A stretch of DNA of 64,000 nt from an uncultured Solirubrobacteraceae bacterium (GCA_963699425.1 CAVOTS010000003.1:900940-964939); one strand, 5' to 3'; shown: positions 11,344 to 30,177, counted from the first letter of the stretch. Notes: generated by a model from the sequence alone, not told the origin. Program-made: numbers and translations.

Positions 11344-12456
11344 CGCGCCGCCTTGGCGCTCTGCAGCAGGTAGGCGCGCACGAAACCGTCGAGGTCGCCG
11401 TCGAGCACGCGCTGCGCGTCGCCGACCTCGAAGTTCGTCCGGTGGTCCTTGACGATCGTGTACGGGTGCAGCACATACGAGCGGATCTGCGAGCCGAAGT
11501 TCACATCCTGCGCCTCCCCCTTCTCGCGCGCGATCTCTTCGCGCCGTTCGCGCTCGGCGCGCTCGAGTAGCTTCGCGCGCAGCATCGCCATCGCGGTCGC
11601 GCGGTTCGAGGACTGCGAGCGCTCGTTCTGGCACTGCACCACGATGCCCGTGGGGCGGTGCGTGATGCGCACCGCGGAGTCGGTCTTGTTGACGTGCTGC
11701 CCGCCCGCGCCCGACGCGCGGTACGTGTCCACCTGAAGGTCGTCCTCGTCGATCTCGATCTCGCTGGTCTCCTCGACGGCAGGCGCGACCTCGACGCCCG
11801 CGAAGCTCGTCTGGCGCCGATGCGCGGAGTCGAACGGCGACAGGCGGACAAGGCGGTGCACGCCGCGCTCGGCGCCGAACAGGCCGTACGCGTTCTCGCC
11901 GCCGGCCCTGAAGGTCGCCGACTTGATCCCGGCTTCCTCGCCGGCGCTCACCTCGAGCAGCTCCGTCGAGAAGCCGCGCGCTTCGGCCCAGCGCAGCAGC
12001 ATTCGCAGGACCATCTCCGCCCAGTCCTGGGCGTCGGTGCCCCCGGCGCCGGCGTTGACGGTCACGAGCGCATCGCCGGCGTCATACGGGCCGGAGAACA
12101 ACCGCTGCTCCTCGGCCTGGGCAAGGCGCTCTTCCGCGGAGCGCAGCTGCTCCTCGAACTCCACGGCCAGCGACGGATCCTCGTCGACCATCTCGGCGAG
12201 CGCGCCGAGGTCCTCGACGTCGGCGCTGAGCTGCGCGTAACCCTCGAGTCGGCGGGTCAGGCGAGCATGCTCGGCGGAAACCTCAGCGGCCTTCGCGGCG
12301 TCGTCCCAGAAGCCCGCCGCGCCCATCCGGGCCTCGAGCTCCTCACGGCGTGCGGTCAGCGCAGCCGGGTCAAAGATAGTCCGCTAGCAGCGTCATCTGC
12401 TCGCGGATCGCTGCCAGGCGCTGCGGCGTCGGTTCGGCTGTCGGCGCGCTGGACAC
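11340..12456 (-). CDS. prfB: Peptide chain release factor 2 with programmed +1 frameshift
   Basis: SPF and GGQ motifs; 5' ORF ends TAT CTT TGA C (12378-12369) and continues in the +1 frame. Confidence 0.95.
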
Positions 12457-12550
12457 CTGCGAACCGTAGCACCGGCGCGGCGAGCGGCTGCGCGACCGAC
12501 GGCGCCGGCAGGTCTGCCTGGGTCTCGCTGGCTTCGGGCGGGCGGCGGCG

Positions 12551-15433
<2,883 letters not shown>

Positions 15434-15483
15434 GCGGAAAGGATAGCCGCCGCCCCCTAAGCCGACCTAAGCAGGCGTGCCCT

Positions 15484-15828
15484 TCAGGTCGCCTGCGCGT
15501 GGCGCGGCGTGGCCGCGCGAGCCTCGCGACGGTGGCGCATTTTGTCGCGGTGGCGCTTGACCTGGCGGGCCAGCTCTTCGATCACGAGGTTCATCGAATG
15601 GTCCATGTCGGTGGAGGCCTCCTTCGCGCGCAGCGTCACACCCTTGAGGAACAGCGTTCCCTCTGCCACCTCGCACTCAGCCACTCGCGGGTTCGGCTCG
15701 TGCTGCAGCTCGAGCTCGATCGTCGCCAGCGGCGAGATCTGGCGGCTGATTTTCTCGAGACGACGCGCGGCGTGAGTTCGAAGCTCGTCGGTGACCGGTA
15801 CGTTGCGACCCCTGATCTCGATCCGCAT
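15484..15828 (-). CDS. hpf: Ribosome hibernation promoting factor (short form)
   Basis: MRIEIRGRNVPVTDELR..RLEK; position upstream of secA. Confidence 0.9.
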   Translation of the reverse strand: MRIEIRGRNVPVTDELRTHAARRLEKISRQISPLATIELELQHEPNPRVAECEVAEGTLFLKGVTLRAKEASTDMDHSMNLVIEELARQVKRHRDKMRHRREARAATPRHAQAT

Positions 15829-15954
15829 GGCGGGCTCCCTTCGATGCGCCTGTTCAGTGGCTCGATCCTACGCCTAACGGCGGGCGGCGTAAAGTCTTTT
15901 TGGACACAAAGACTGGGACCTGACCGAAGGGCCGCAGCCTGCGAGAATCGGGCG

Positions 15955-16785
15955 ATGCTGGCCGTCGCACCGAAGCTCGACTGGTCGCCGGAAGTCCTGC
16001 CGCTGGCCTTCGGCGCGCTCGTGTTGTTCATCTACGGCCGGCGCTGGGCGAGGGTGCGCAGGTCGGCTTCGCCGCGCAGCGAGCACGACGCGCCGATCTG
16101 GCGCCTGCTGGTCTTCTGCCTCGGCGTCGCGGTCGCCGAGCTCGCGGTGATCTCGCCGATCGACAGCCTCTCGCAACAGCTCTTCGCCGCGCACATGGTG
16201 CAGCACATCATGTTGCTCGACGTCTCGCCGATCCTCGCGATCCTCGGCTTCACGAAGGTGATCCTTCGGCCGATCACGCGGACCGTCAACACCGTGGAGC
16301 GCCGCGCCGGGTTCTTCGCCGGACCGGTCTTCGCGGCGAGCGCCTACATCGCGGTGATCTGGCTGTGGCACATCCCGGCGGCCTACGACTATGCCGTCGT
16401 GCACCCGCCGATCCACGTCCTCGAGCACCTCTCGTTCATGGTCGTCGGCAGCCTCTACTGGTGGCACGTCCTGTCCCCGATCCGCGCGCGACGCCGGCTC
16501 ACGGGCCTGGGGCCGATGGCCTACATGGGCTCCACGAAGATCGCGCTCGGCGTGCTCGGCATGGGCCTCGCGTTCGCGCCGGTGGCGATCTACTCGTACT
16601 ACGTGCACCAGCCGCGCGTCTGGGGAATCTCGCCGCTCACCGACCAGTCACTGGCCGGGATCATCATGGCCGTCGAGCAGACGATCGTGATGGGCGTCGC
16701 GCTCGTCTGGCTGTTCATCAAGGCGCTCGAGGAGTCCGAGCGCGACCAGCAGCGCCGCGAGCGGCTCGAAGCCGCCTCCTCCTAA
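15955..16785 (+). CDS. Cytochrome c oxidase assembly factor (Caa3_CtaG family)
   Basis: SPID..LFAAHMVQH, WLWHIPAAYD, HVLEH, DQSLAGIIM; multi-TM. Confidence 0.85.
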   Translation: MLAVAPKLDWSPEVLPLAFGALVLFIYGRRWARVRRSASPRSEHDAPIWRLLVFCLGVAVAELAVISPIDSLSQQLFAAHMVQHIMLLDVSPILAILGFTKVILRPITRTVNTVERRAGFFAGPVFAASAYIAVIWLWHIPAAYDYAVVHPPIHVLEHLSFMVVGSLYWWHVLSPIRARRRLTGLGPMAYMGSTKIALGVLGMGLAFAPVAIYSYYVHQPRVWGISPLTDQSLAGIIMAVEQTIVMGVALVWLFIKALEESERDQQRRERLEAASS

Positions 16786-17771
16786 CGCGAGCGGTCGAGG
16801 CTCGCGAGGATCCCGGCGTGGCCGGCGATCGCGCCGATCATGATCGCCGCCTCCGCGACCTCGGTCCCGGGGAGCAGGATCGTCTCGCGAAGCTGCGCCC
16901 GGGCGCCGACCTTCGCACCGTCGCCGATCACGACCGGCCCGGTGATCCTCGCTTCGTCGCCGATGCTCGCGCCGCGGCCGACCCATGCCGGCCCCTCGAC
17001 CTCGACGCCCTCACCGACCTGTGCTCCGGGCGCGAGGATCAGGCCGCTCTCGTCCTGCTCGCCGACGAGCTCGAGCCCAAGCTCGCCGCGCAGCGCGTCG
17101 AAGGTGCCCTGGCGCAGCTCGGCGAGCGAGCCGACGTCGTTCCAGTACTGGTGGACCTCGTGGATGTAGAACGGCTCGTCGGCCTCGAGCAGGGCCGGGA
17201 AGACGTCTTTGGCCCAGTCGACGAACGGTGACTCGGGGAAATAGTCGAAGACCCGCGGCTCGAAGACGTAGATCCCGCAGTTGCCGAGATTCGAGCGTGC
17301 CTCTTCGGGCTCCGGCTTCTCCTGGAAGCCGGTGATCCGGCCGTCCCGGTCGTGCACGACGACGCCGTACTCACGCGTGTCTTCGACGCGCTTGACGGCG
17401 AGCGTCGCGACGCCACCGGACGCATAGTGGCGCTCGATCAGTTCCGTGAGGTCGATGTCGGTCAGCGCGTCGCCGCTGATCACCAGGAAGGTGTCGTCGC
17501 CGAAGAAGTCGGCGCACGCTCGCACCCCGCCGGCGGTGCCGAGCAGCTCGCCCTCGTAGCGGTAGCTGATGCGGTCGCCGAAGTAGTCGCGAATCGTCTC
17601 CGGGAAGTAGTGCAGGTTCGCGATCACGTCGTTGATCCGGTGGCGTTCGAGCAGGTCGAGAATGTGCTCCATCACCGGCCGGTCGAGCACGGGCACCATC
17701 GGCTTGGTGATCTCGTAGGTCAGCGGACGCAGCCGCGTACCCAGTCCGGCGGCAAGCACCATCGCGCGCAT
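16782..17771 (-). CDS. NDP-sugar pyrophosphorylase (mannose-1-P guanylyltransferase-like)
   Basis: LAAGLGTRLRPLT..KPM, LGTAGG, FQEKP, hexapeptide tail. Confidence 0.9.
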   Translation of the reverse strand: MRAMVLAAGLGTRLRPLTYEITKPMVPVLDRPVMEHILDLLERHRINDVIANLHYFPETIRDYFGDRISYRYEGELLGTAGGVRACADFFGDDTFLVISGDALTDIDLTELIERHYASGGVATLAVKRVEDTREYGVVVHDRDGRITGFQEKPEPEEARSNLGNCGIYVFEPRVFDYFPESPFVDWAKDVFPALLEADEPFYIHEVHQYWNDVGSLAELRQGTFDALRGELGLELVGEQDESGLILAPGAQVGEGVEVEGPAWVGRGASIGDEARITGPVVIGDGAKVGARAQLRETILLPGTEVAEAAIMIGAIAGHAGILASLDRSR

Positions 17772-17781
17772 CGTCGAGCGC

Positions 17782-19233
<1,452 letters not shown>

Positions 19234-19282
19234 GGCCCGTCAGTCTAGGGGTCTGCGGCGCCGACCCGGATCGGGCGCCCCG

Positions 19283-20347
19283 CTAGGACTCGCTGAGCGC
19301 GGCCTTCAGCCTCGAGATCGCCTCGACGGGTGCCGGGTCGACGCCCCGCAGCGTCGCGAGGTAGATCGACACGAGGTCGCCGAGCAGGACCAGTGACAAA
19401 ACGCGTTCGATCGCCGTGCGGCCCTGGGTCTCGATCCGCAGCGTGGCCGCCGCGTTCGGGGCGATGACACCCTCGGTGACCTCGATCCGGCGGCGGATCC
19501 GCGGATGCAGGTCCGAGTCCTCGAGGAACACGCCGGCGAGCTTCGCGGCGCTCTCGGCCCCCTCCCAGCCGCAGACCTCGTTGTGGTCGCCCTCGGGCAG
19601 TTCACTGGAGAAGGCCGGGACCTTCGCGTTCTCGTTGATCTGGGTCTTCCAGCGGTAGGCGATCGGGTTGGTCAGGCCGGCCCCGAAGATCACCGGTACG
19701 GTCCCCGCGAGGGTGCCTGCGATCGACTTGGCAAGCGAGTCCTCCGGCGCGTCCGGGCCCCACTGGGCGACGAGCTCTTCGAGCTGCGAGGCGGCTACGT
19801 CGATCTCCGACGAGAGCCGCGGTCCGACCCCGGACATCGCAGCGACTTCGAGTGCCGCGACGAGCATGTAGCCGACCGCGGCGCGCGGCTGGAAACCGCC
19901 CGGCAGGGGAATCACCGGCACGCCGTCGGCACGCGCCATCTCGGCGAGCTGCCCGCCCGTCGTCGCGACGATTCGCCGCGCACCGAGGAAGCCCGCCGAC
20001 TCGTAACAGGCAAGCGTCTCCTCGGTGTCGCCCGAGTAGCTCGCGCAGAGCACCATCGTGTCGGGCGTTGTCCAGGTCGGCAGGCCATAGCCGCGCGTCA
20101 CGAACAGCGGCCGCGTCAGCTGGTCGCCGAGCGCCGCGCGCGCCAGCGCGCCGCCGATCGCCGAGCCGCCCATCCCGGCGACAACGAGTCCCGCCGGAGA
20201 ATCGTTGTCCTCGAGGATCGCGGACTCGAAGCGCCAAAGGGCGTCACGCAGGTGTTCCGGCAGCGCGAGGATGTCGGCGAGCTGGCCGCTCGGGTCGATC
20301 GCGGCGATCCCCTCGCGCGTCAGGTCGGCACCGGCATCTGGGCTCAT
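19283..20347 (-). CDS. Bifunctional phosphoglucose/phosphomannose isomerase (SIS)
   Basis: GMGGSAIGG, SYSGDTEET, QPRAA, RWKTQINENAK, PEGDHNE. Confidence 0.9.
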   Translation of the reverse strand: MSPDAGADLTREGIAAIDPSGQLADILALPEHLRDALWRFESAILEDNDSPAGLVVAGMGGSAIGGALARAALGDQLTRPLFVTRGYGLPTWTTPDTMVLCASYSGDTEETLACYESAGFLGARRIVATTGGQLAEMARADGVPVIPLPGGFQPRAAVGYMLVAALEVAAMSGVGPRLSSEIDVAASQLEELVAQWGPDAPEDSLAKSIAGTLAGTVPVIFGAGLTNPIAYRWKTQINENAKVPAFSSELPEGDHNEVCGWEGAESAAKLAGVFLEDSDLHPRIRRRIEVTEGVIAPNAAATLRIETQGRTAIERVLSLVLLGDLVSIYLATLRGVDPAPVEAISRLKAALSES

Positions 20348-20547
20348 CGGGCGAACTCCCCTCGCTTTCGCTGTGTTGCTCGCCCCCCGCGTTGTTCGGC
20401 GGGTCGAGGGCGCGAGTCGCGCCACCCGGCACGATACGCGTCACGCTGGTCGGCGTGCGCCGTGGCGCGCCTGCGCGCGCGGGAAGACTGCCCACGAGCG
20501 ACGTCGGCGCCTTACTCTGGGGATTGCCGCCCGCCTGAGCGCCCGCG

Positions 20548-21627
20548 CTAGCGCGCCGCGGCGGCGTCGGGGAATCCGACGCCCGGAAAGATGCGCGCAC
20601 CGCCCGTGAGGACGTTGCCCGCGCCGATCTCGACGTTCTCGCCGATCACGCAATCGTCCTCGAGCACGGCACCCTCGCCGACGCTCGCGCCCGGCGCGAG
20701 GATGCTGCCATTGATCCGCGCGCCCGCGCCGACGCTGACACCGGCGAGCAGCACGGAGTGCTGCACCGTGGCCCCCGGCCCGATTGTCACGTCGGGGCCG
20801 ATTACGGCCCGCGGGCCGACCTTCGCGCCCGCCGCAATCCGCGCGCCCGAGCCGACGACGCATTCGGCCTCGAGCTCGCCCAGCACGACGGCGTCGGCCG
20901 CGACCGGCTCCGCGGGTCCGCCGGGCATCCGGCCGGCGACGATGTCGAATGAGCCTTCGAGGTAGCGCTCGGGGGTGCCGATGTCGATCCAATAGCGTTT
21001 CCCCGGGTAGCCGTAGAGACCGTGGCCGATCAGCTTCGGCCAGATGTCGCGCTCGATCGAGATTTTCTTGCCCGGCTCGATCAGGTCGAGCACGTCGCGC
21101 TGGAGCACGTAGGCGCCGGCGCTGATCAGGTTCTCGCCGGGGATCGGGTCCTTGGGCTTCTCCACGAAGCGCTTGACCGCGCCGCGCGCGTCGAGCAGCA
21201 CAAGCCCATAGGAGGAGGTGTCCTCGACCGGGACCAGCGCGAGCGTCGCCTGTGCATCGTTCTCGCGGTGCGCCTGCAGCTGCCCCGACAGGTCGATGTC
21301 GGTCAGCACGTCACCGTTGAGCATCAGGAAGGTCTCGTCGAGCATCGGCTCGGCTAGCTTCACGGCGCCGCCCGTGCCGAGCGGCTCGGGCTCCTCGACG
21401 TAGCGGATGCGGATGCCGATCGAGCTGCCGTCACCGAGCACGTCGCGGACGCCCCCGGCGAGAAATCCGCAGGACATGATTACTTCGGCGACCTCGTGGT
21501 CGCGCAGCCACTGCAGCATGTACTGGATGAACGGCCGGTCGACGAGCGTCACGACCGGCTTCGGGACCGTCGAGGTCAGGGGGCGCAGGCGGGTGCCCTG
21601 GCCACCCGCGAGAATCACGGCCTGCAT
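20548..21627 (-). CDS. NDP-sugar pyrophosphorylase, second paralog
   Basis: LAGGQGTRLRPLT..PKP, EPLGTGG, NGDVLTD, WIDIGTP, hexapeptide tail. Confidence 0.9.
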   Translation of the reverse strand: MQAVILAGGQGTRLRPLTSTVPKPVVTLVDRPFIQYMLQWLRDHEVAEVIMSCGFLAGGVRDVLGDGSSIGIRIRYVEEPEPLGTGGAVKLAEPMLDETFLMLNGDVLTDIDLSGQLQAHRENDAQATLALVPVEDTSSYGLVLLDARGAVKRFVEKPKDPIPGENLISAGAYVLQRDVLDLIEPGKKISIERDIWPKLIGHGLYGYPGKRYWIDIGTPERYLEGSFDIVAGRMPGGPAEPVAADAVVLGELEAECVVGSGARIAAGAKVGPRAVIGPDVTIGPGATVQHSVLLAGVSVGAGARINGSILAPGASVGEGAVLEDDCVIGENVEIGAGNVLTGGARIFPGVGFPDAAAAR

Positions 21628-21631
21628 CGGC

Positions 21632-22918
21632 TCAGCGCCTCCCGATGCCCTCGTAGCGCAGCCCGGCGGCCCGCATCTTGTCCGGGTCCAGCGCGTTGCG
21701 CCCGTCGATCAGGACATCGCCGCGCATCTCGCGCGCGACGCGATCGAAGTCCAGGCCGACGATCTCCGGCCACTCGGTGACGAGCACCGCCGCGTCGCAG
21801 TCGCGGACCGCTTCGATCGCCGTCTCGGCGAAGTGCACGCCACGCAGCAGCTCGCGGGCCTCCTCGTGCGCGACCGGGTCATAGGCGCTGACTTCTGCGC
21901 CGGCGGCCTGCAGCCGCGCGGCGAGCACCAGCGACGAGGCCTCGCGCATGTCATCGGTCTGCGGCTTGAACGCCAGGCCGAGCAGCGCGATGCGCTTGCC
22001 CGCGAGGTCACCGAGACGATGCTGGAGCTTGCCGATCACGCGCCGCTTCTGCAGCTCGTTGACCTCGATCACCGCCGTCAGCAGCTGGAAGTGGTAGCCG
22101 GAGTTGCCGGCCAGCTGTTTGAGCGCCTCGACGTCCTTCGGGAAGCACGAGCCGCCGTAGCCGATGCCGGCCTGCAGGAACTTGGCGCCGATGCGGTCGT
22201 CCAGGCCCATCCCGCGCGCCACCTCGATCACGTCGGCGCCGGTCTCCTCACAGACGTTCGCGATCTCGTTGATGAACGAGATCTTGGTTGCCAGGAACGC
22301 ATTCGAGGCGAGCTTGACCATCTCGGCGCTGGCCACGTCGGTGCGCACGAGCGGCGCGCCGAGCGGCTCGTAGAGCTGAACGACGGCATCGCCGGCCCAG
22401 TCGCCGGTGTCGCCGACGACGACGCGGTCGGGGTGCAGGAAGTCCCTGACCGCCGAACCCTCCTTGAGGAACTCCGGGCAGGAGACGTAACCGAGGCCGC
22501 TCTTGCCCTGCTGGCCGAAGTCGCGCACGAGCGAAGCGCCGGTGCCGCACGGCACCGTCGACTTCATCACCAGCGCGTGGTCGTCGGAGGCCGGGATCGC
22601 GTCGGCGACGGCGTGCACGGCGCTCAGATCGGCGTCGCCTGAATAGGTCGGCGGCGTGCCGACCGCGACGAACTGCAGCCGCGCGGCGCCGAGCGCGTCA
22701 CCGATCTCGGTCGAGAAGTGCAGCCGCTCGCTGTTGCGCTCGATCAGCTCCTCGAGGCCCGGCTCGTAGATCGGCACCTCGCCGCGCTGCAGGCGCGCGA
22801 CCTTCTCGCTGTCGATGTCGACGCAGTAGACGTCGCTGCCAAGCTCCGCGAAGCCTGCCGCGGTGACGAGGCCGACGTAACCGGTCCCGATGACGCCGAT
22901 CGGCGCGCGGCCTGACAA
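21632..22918 (-). CDS. ugd: UDP-glucose/GDP-mannose 6-dehydrogenase
   Basis: GTGYVG, KSTVP, PEFLKEG, GYGGSCFPKD. Confidence 0.92.
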   Translation of the reverse strand: MSGRAPIGVIGTGYVGLVTAAGFAELGSDVYCVDIDSEKVARLQRGEVPIYEPGLEELIERNSERLHFSTEIGDALGAARLQFVAVGTPPTYSGDADLSAVHAVADAIPASDDHALVMKSTVPCGTGASLVRDFGQQGKSGLGYVSCPEFLKEGSAVRDFLHPDRVVVGDTGDWAGDAVVQLYEPLGAPLVRTDVASAEMVKLASNAFLATKISFINEIANVCEETGADVIEVARGMGLDDRIGAKFLQAGIGYGGSCFPKDVEALKQLAGNSGYHFQLLTAVIEVNELQKRRVIGKLQHRLGDLAGKRIALLGLAFKPQTDDMREASSLVLAARLQAAGAEVSAYDPVAHEEARELLRGVHFAETAIEAVRDCDAAVLVTEWPEIVGLDFDRVAREMRGDVLIDGRNALDPDKMRAAGLRYEGIGRR

Positions 22919-22929
22919 GCGAATGCCCC

Positions 22930-23343
22930 TCAGCTGTCCCCGTGGACCTGCAGGAAGGCCTCGAGGCGGCGGATGTCGCGCTGCGCCCGCGCCAGTTCCT
23001 CGCTCTCGGCGGCTGCTTTCTGCAGCTGGCCGCGGGCTTCCTCGAGACGCTCGTGAAGCTTGCCCGGGTCGAGGTCGCGCGGCTCGATTGCCTCCTCGAC
23101 GAGGATCAGCGCGCGATCGTCGGCGAACTGCACGTAGCCCTCGGCCTGCGCGAAGCGCAACGTCTCGGTCTCCGAGCGATACAGACGCAGCTCGGTCGGC
23201 TCGAGGATCGCGAGCACCGGCTCGTGGCCCGCGAGGATCCCGATCGAGCCGACGGTCGTCTTCGTCGAGACCATTTCGACGTCGTCGGCGAAGAACTCCC
23301 CCTCGGGGGTCAGGACCTCAACTTTGAACTTCGTGCGGGCCAT
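22930..23343 (-). CDS. atpC: ATP synthase epsilon
   Basis: EVLTPEG..GILAGHEP; last gene of the operon. Confidence 0.93.
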   Translation of the reverse strand: MARTKFKVEVLTPEGEFFADDVEMVSTKTTVGSIGILAGHEPVLAILEPTELRLYRSETETLRFAQAEGYVQFADDRALILVEEAIEPRDLDPGKLHERLEEARGQLQKAAAESEELARAQRDIRRLEAFLQVHGDS

Positions 23344-25733
<2,390 letters not shown>

Positions 25734-25769
25734 GCGGTTCTCGCTGTCTCTGCCGGAAGGTCGCCGTGG

Positions 25770-27323
<1,554 letters not shown>

Positions 27324-27327
27324 GGCG

Positions 27328-27864
27328 TTAGGAAACTCCTTGGGCGACCTGCATGCGCAGGTGCTCCAGTCGGGTGCGGATGGATGCATCGAGAATCGAG
27401 TTGCCGACGCGGATTACCACGCCGCCGATGATCTCGGGGTCGACATGCGCCGCGAGCACGACGCGGCGGCCGGTACGGTCGCCGATCGTGCGGCCGAGGC
27501 TCGCGGTCGTCGACTCGTCGAGCGGCACGGCGCTGGTGATCTGGACCGGCAGGGTGCGGTTCTCCTCGTCCCACAGCCGGTCGTACTCCGCGCGGACGCG
27601 CGAGATCACCGGCATGCGGTGGTTGTCGATCAGCAGTTCGAGGAAGTTCATGACGATCGGCTCGGCGCCGTCGAGCAGGCGCGCGAGCGCCTGCTTCTTC
27701 TCACTGCTCGAGAAGTACGGCGAGAAGAAGAACACGACGAGGTCACGGTTCTGTTCGAACGCCGTCGCGAGCTGGGCGAGCTGCTCGCGCACGGCATCGA
27801 GGTTGCCCTGGTCCTTGGCGACCTCGAACAGCGAGCGTGCGTATACGCGCGCGAGCTCCTCCAT
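27328..27864 (-). CDS. atpH: ATP synthase delta
   Basis: [26 protein letters not shown]. Confidence 0.95.
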   Translation of the reverse strand: MEELARVYARSLFEVAKDQGNLDAVREQLAQLATAFEQNRDLVVFFFSPYFSSSEKKQALARLLDGAEPIVMNFLELLIDNHRMPVISRVRAEYDRLWDEENRTLPVQITSAVPLDESTTASLGRTIGDRTGRRVVLAAHVDPEIIGGVVIRVGNSILDASIRTRLEHLRMQVAQGVS

Positions 27865-28418
27865 CAGTTCTCCTGCGCTCCCGCGGAGAGGCTCGCGAAG
27901 TCCAGTTCGCCGAGGGCCTCCTCGACGAGCCGGCGCTGGTCCTCGTCGGTCAGCGAACGGCGCGTGACCTTCTCGGTCGCGAGCACCGTCAGGTCCGCGA
28001 CTTCGCGGCGCAGGCCGTCGATTGCGCGCTCGGTGGCGGCCTGGATTTCGCGCTCGGCACGGGTCGTCGCCTCGGCGATCATCGCCTTGCCCTTGTCGCG
28101 GGACTCGGCTTCGTGCGTCTCGGCGGCCGAGCGGGCGCGCTGAACGATCTCGTTGGCCTGCTCGCGCGCCTCGGCGAGCCGCTGGCGGTATTCGGAGAGG
28201 ATCTCGTCGGCCTCGGCCTTGGTTCGCTCGGCGGAGTCGATCGACTCTTCGATCGCCTGCTGGCGGCGGTCCAGCGCTTCGCTGATCCGCGGGAACGCGA
28301 GCTTGGCCAGCAGCAGCATCGTCAGGCCGAACACGACGAGGACCCAGATCATCAGCCCCACGTTGGGGGTGATCAGGAAGCTGCCGCTCGCCGCGGTGAC
28401 TGTGTGCAAGGCGCCCAT
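27864..28418 (-). CDS. atpF: ATP synthase subunit b
   Basis: Single TM followed by a coiled coil; operon position. Confidence 0.93.
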   Translation of the reverse strand: MGALHTVTAASGSFLITPNVGLMIWVLVVFGLTMLLLAKLAFPRISEALDRRQQAIEESIDSAERTKAEADEILSEYRQRLAEAREQANEIVQRARSAAETHEAESRDKGKAMIAEATTRAEREIQAATERAIDGLRREVADLTVLATEKVTRRSLTDEDQRRLVEEALGELDFASLSAGAQEN

Positions 28419-28423
28419 CCCGA

Positions 28424-28693
28424 TCAGACGATGAACGCTGCGAGCAGGCCGGCGACGAGGCCGTAGAAGAAGCAGGCCTCGGTAAGCGCGAACCCGAGCC
28501 ACTGGAGCTGCGTGATCTCGTCACGCATCTCCGGCTGCCGGGTGACGGCCTCGATCGCCTTGCCGAAGATGATGCCGATACCGACGCCGGCGCCGACGGC
28601 ACCGAGACCGCCACCGACACCGAGGCCGATCGACTTGCCGGCCTTGGCGATTTCTTCAGCCGCGGCCAGGAAGGTGATTAGAGCAATGTGCAC
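28424..28693 (-). CDS. atpE: ATP synthase subunit c
   Basis: GxGxGxG helix, RQPE loop, ALTEA. Confidence 0.95.
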   Translation of the reverse strand: MHIALITFLAAAEEIAKAGKSIGLGVGGGLGAVGAGVGIGIIFGKAIEAVTRQPEMRDEITQLQWLGFALTEACFFYGLVAGLLAAFIV

Positions 28694-28708
28694 GGCGTTG
28701 TTACTCCT

Positions 28709-29641
28709 TTAGTGCTCGGTGGCGACGGCGCCGCCGAGGTAGATGGCAGTCAGCGTGGCAAAGATGAACGCCTGGAGGGCGGCGACCAGGCCGACCTCGA
28801 ACGCGTACAGCAGCACGCCGAAGGGGATCGTAAACCAGCCGAGCGCGCTGACCCCAAGGATCACCGCGAGACCGCCGGCCATGAACAGGATGATCAGGTG
28901 CCCCGCGAGGATGTTCGCGAAGAGCCTGATCGAAAGCGACAGTAGCCGCATGAGGTTCGAGAGAACCTCGAGGAAGAAGATGAAGACGGCCATGCCGCCC
29001 GTGACGCCGTTGGGGACGAGTCCTTTGAGGTAGCCGATCGGTCCCTTCGCGCGCACGCCTTCGTAGGTGTAGGAGATGAAGACGACGAGCGCCAGCGCGA
29101 GCGGGATCGAGATGTTCGCCGTCGCGGCGTAGAGCGAGAACGACGGAAAGTGGACCCCGAAGAGCACGAATTCGTGCTCGGTGTTGGTCGGCAACGGGAT
29201 GTACCCGAGCAGGTTCGAGAACATGATGAACAGGAACAGCGTGCCGATGAACGGGAACCACCGCCGCGCCATCTTGCCCTCGAGGTTGCCGCCCGTGATG
29301 TTGTCGCGCATCAGCTGGTAGAGCGCCTCGACGGCAGTCTGAACCTTGTTCGGGCGGGCCTGCATCCGGCGCGCGACCCAGATCATCGTGATGCACGTCA
29401 GCAGCGCGGCGAGGATCAGGTACATCACGGCCTTGTTGAATTCGACCGGGCCGATCTTGAACCAGCTTTCGAGCTTGAACTCGTTCTGCGGCTTGAAGGT
29501 CGTGTTGCGCGTTCCGCTCGCGCCGTAGATCGCGATCAGCGCGATCACGCCGCCGATCCAGCAGGCCCCGAGCCCGAACAGCAGCGTGCGTGTTGAGATG
29601 CCGCGCTTCTCGGCGGCGGGCTCGCTGGAGACGGCGCTCAT
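28709..29641 (-). CDS. atpB: ATP synthase subunit a
   Basis: SLSIRLFANILAGH, LQAFIFATLT. Confidence 0.96.
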   Translation of the reverse strand: MSAVSSEPAAEKRGISTRTLLFGLGACWIGGVIALIAIYGASGTRNTTFKPQNEFKLESWFKIGPVEFNKAVMYLILAALLTCITMIWVARRMQARPNKVQTAVEALYQLMRDNITGGNLEGKMARRWFPFIGTLFLFIMFSNLLGYIPLPTNTEHEFVLFGVHFPSFSLYAATANISIPLALALVVFISYTYEGVRAKGPIGYLKGLVPNGVTGGMAVFIFFLEVLSNLMRLLSLSIRLFANILAGHLIILFMAGGLAVILGVSALGWFTIPFGVLLYAFEVGLVAALQAFIFATLTAIYLGGAVATEH

Positions 29642-30021
29642 GATGCCTGCGTCCGTCCGGTGCTCGGGCCCTGGAGCGGACCCTCGCGGGTCGCGAAGGA
29701 CATCACGAAGTAGATCGTGAAGGCGACCAGCAGTGTTACGGCGCAGGCGATCGCGTCGGGCTTGCCGAGCAGCACCTTCGTGAGGATCAGGGCCGCCGCG
29801 ACGAAGAAGATCCGCCCCATCATGCCCGCGACGTGCAGGCCGGCGCTCAGCTTGGGGTCGGCGGTGCTGCGCGCCCGTGCATGCGCCAGTTCGACGGCGC
29901 CGCGGGTCAGGATCCAAGCCGCGGCGCCGATCGCGTAGCCCGCGAACGGCGCGCCGGCAAGCGCGACGAGCGGTGCTGCCGCGAGCACCAGGCCAACGTC
30001 GAGGTAGCGCAGGACGGTCAT
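29638..30021 (-). CDS. atpI: AtpI-like membrane protein
   Basis: Four hydrophobic helices; first gene of the operon, overlapping the atpB start. Confidence 0.7.
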   Translation of the reverse strand: MTVLRYLDVGLVLAAAPLVALAGAPFAGYAIGAAAWILTRGAVELAHARARSTADPKLSAGLHVAGMMGRIFFVAAALILTKVLLGKPDAIACAVTLLVAFTIYFVMSFATREGPLQGPSTGRTQAS

Positions 30022-30177
30022 CGGTTTAGCGGCAGCGGGGATCGTCGGCGCGCGCGGCGTCGCGATCTGTGAAATCGGAGTTGTTGTACGGCTCCATGCA
30101 GGCGAAACCTGTCGTCCCGTGGGGTCAGACTGCGAGACACGCGGCGGCGGGGAGAGCCCGCGCTGCCGGCGCGCGCA

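Noticed and set aside
19234..19282. SAH riboswitch before ahcY
   Set aside because: The gap is only ~50 bp, holding a GC hairpin and a -10 box 8 nt from the ATG.
28424..28693. Na+-coupled ATP synthase
   Set aside because: Subunit c reads TEACFFY, lacking the E-S/T sodium signature; ordinary H+ type.
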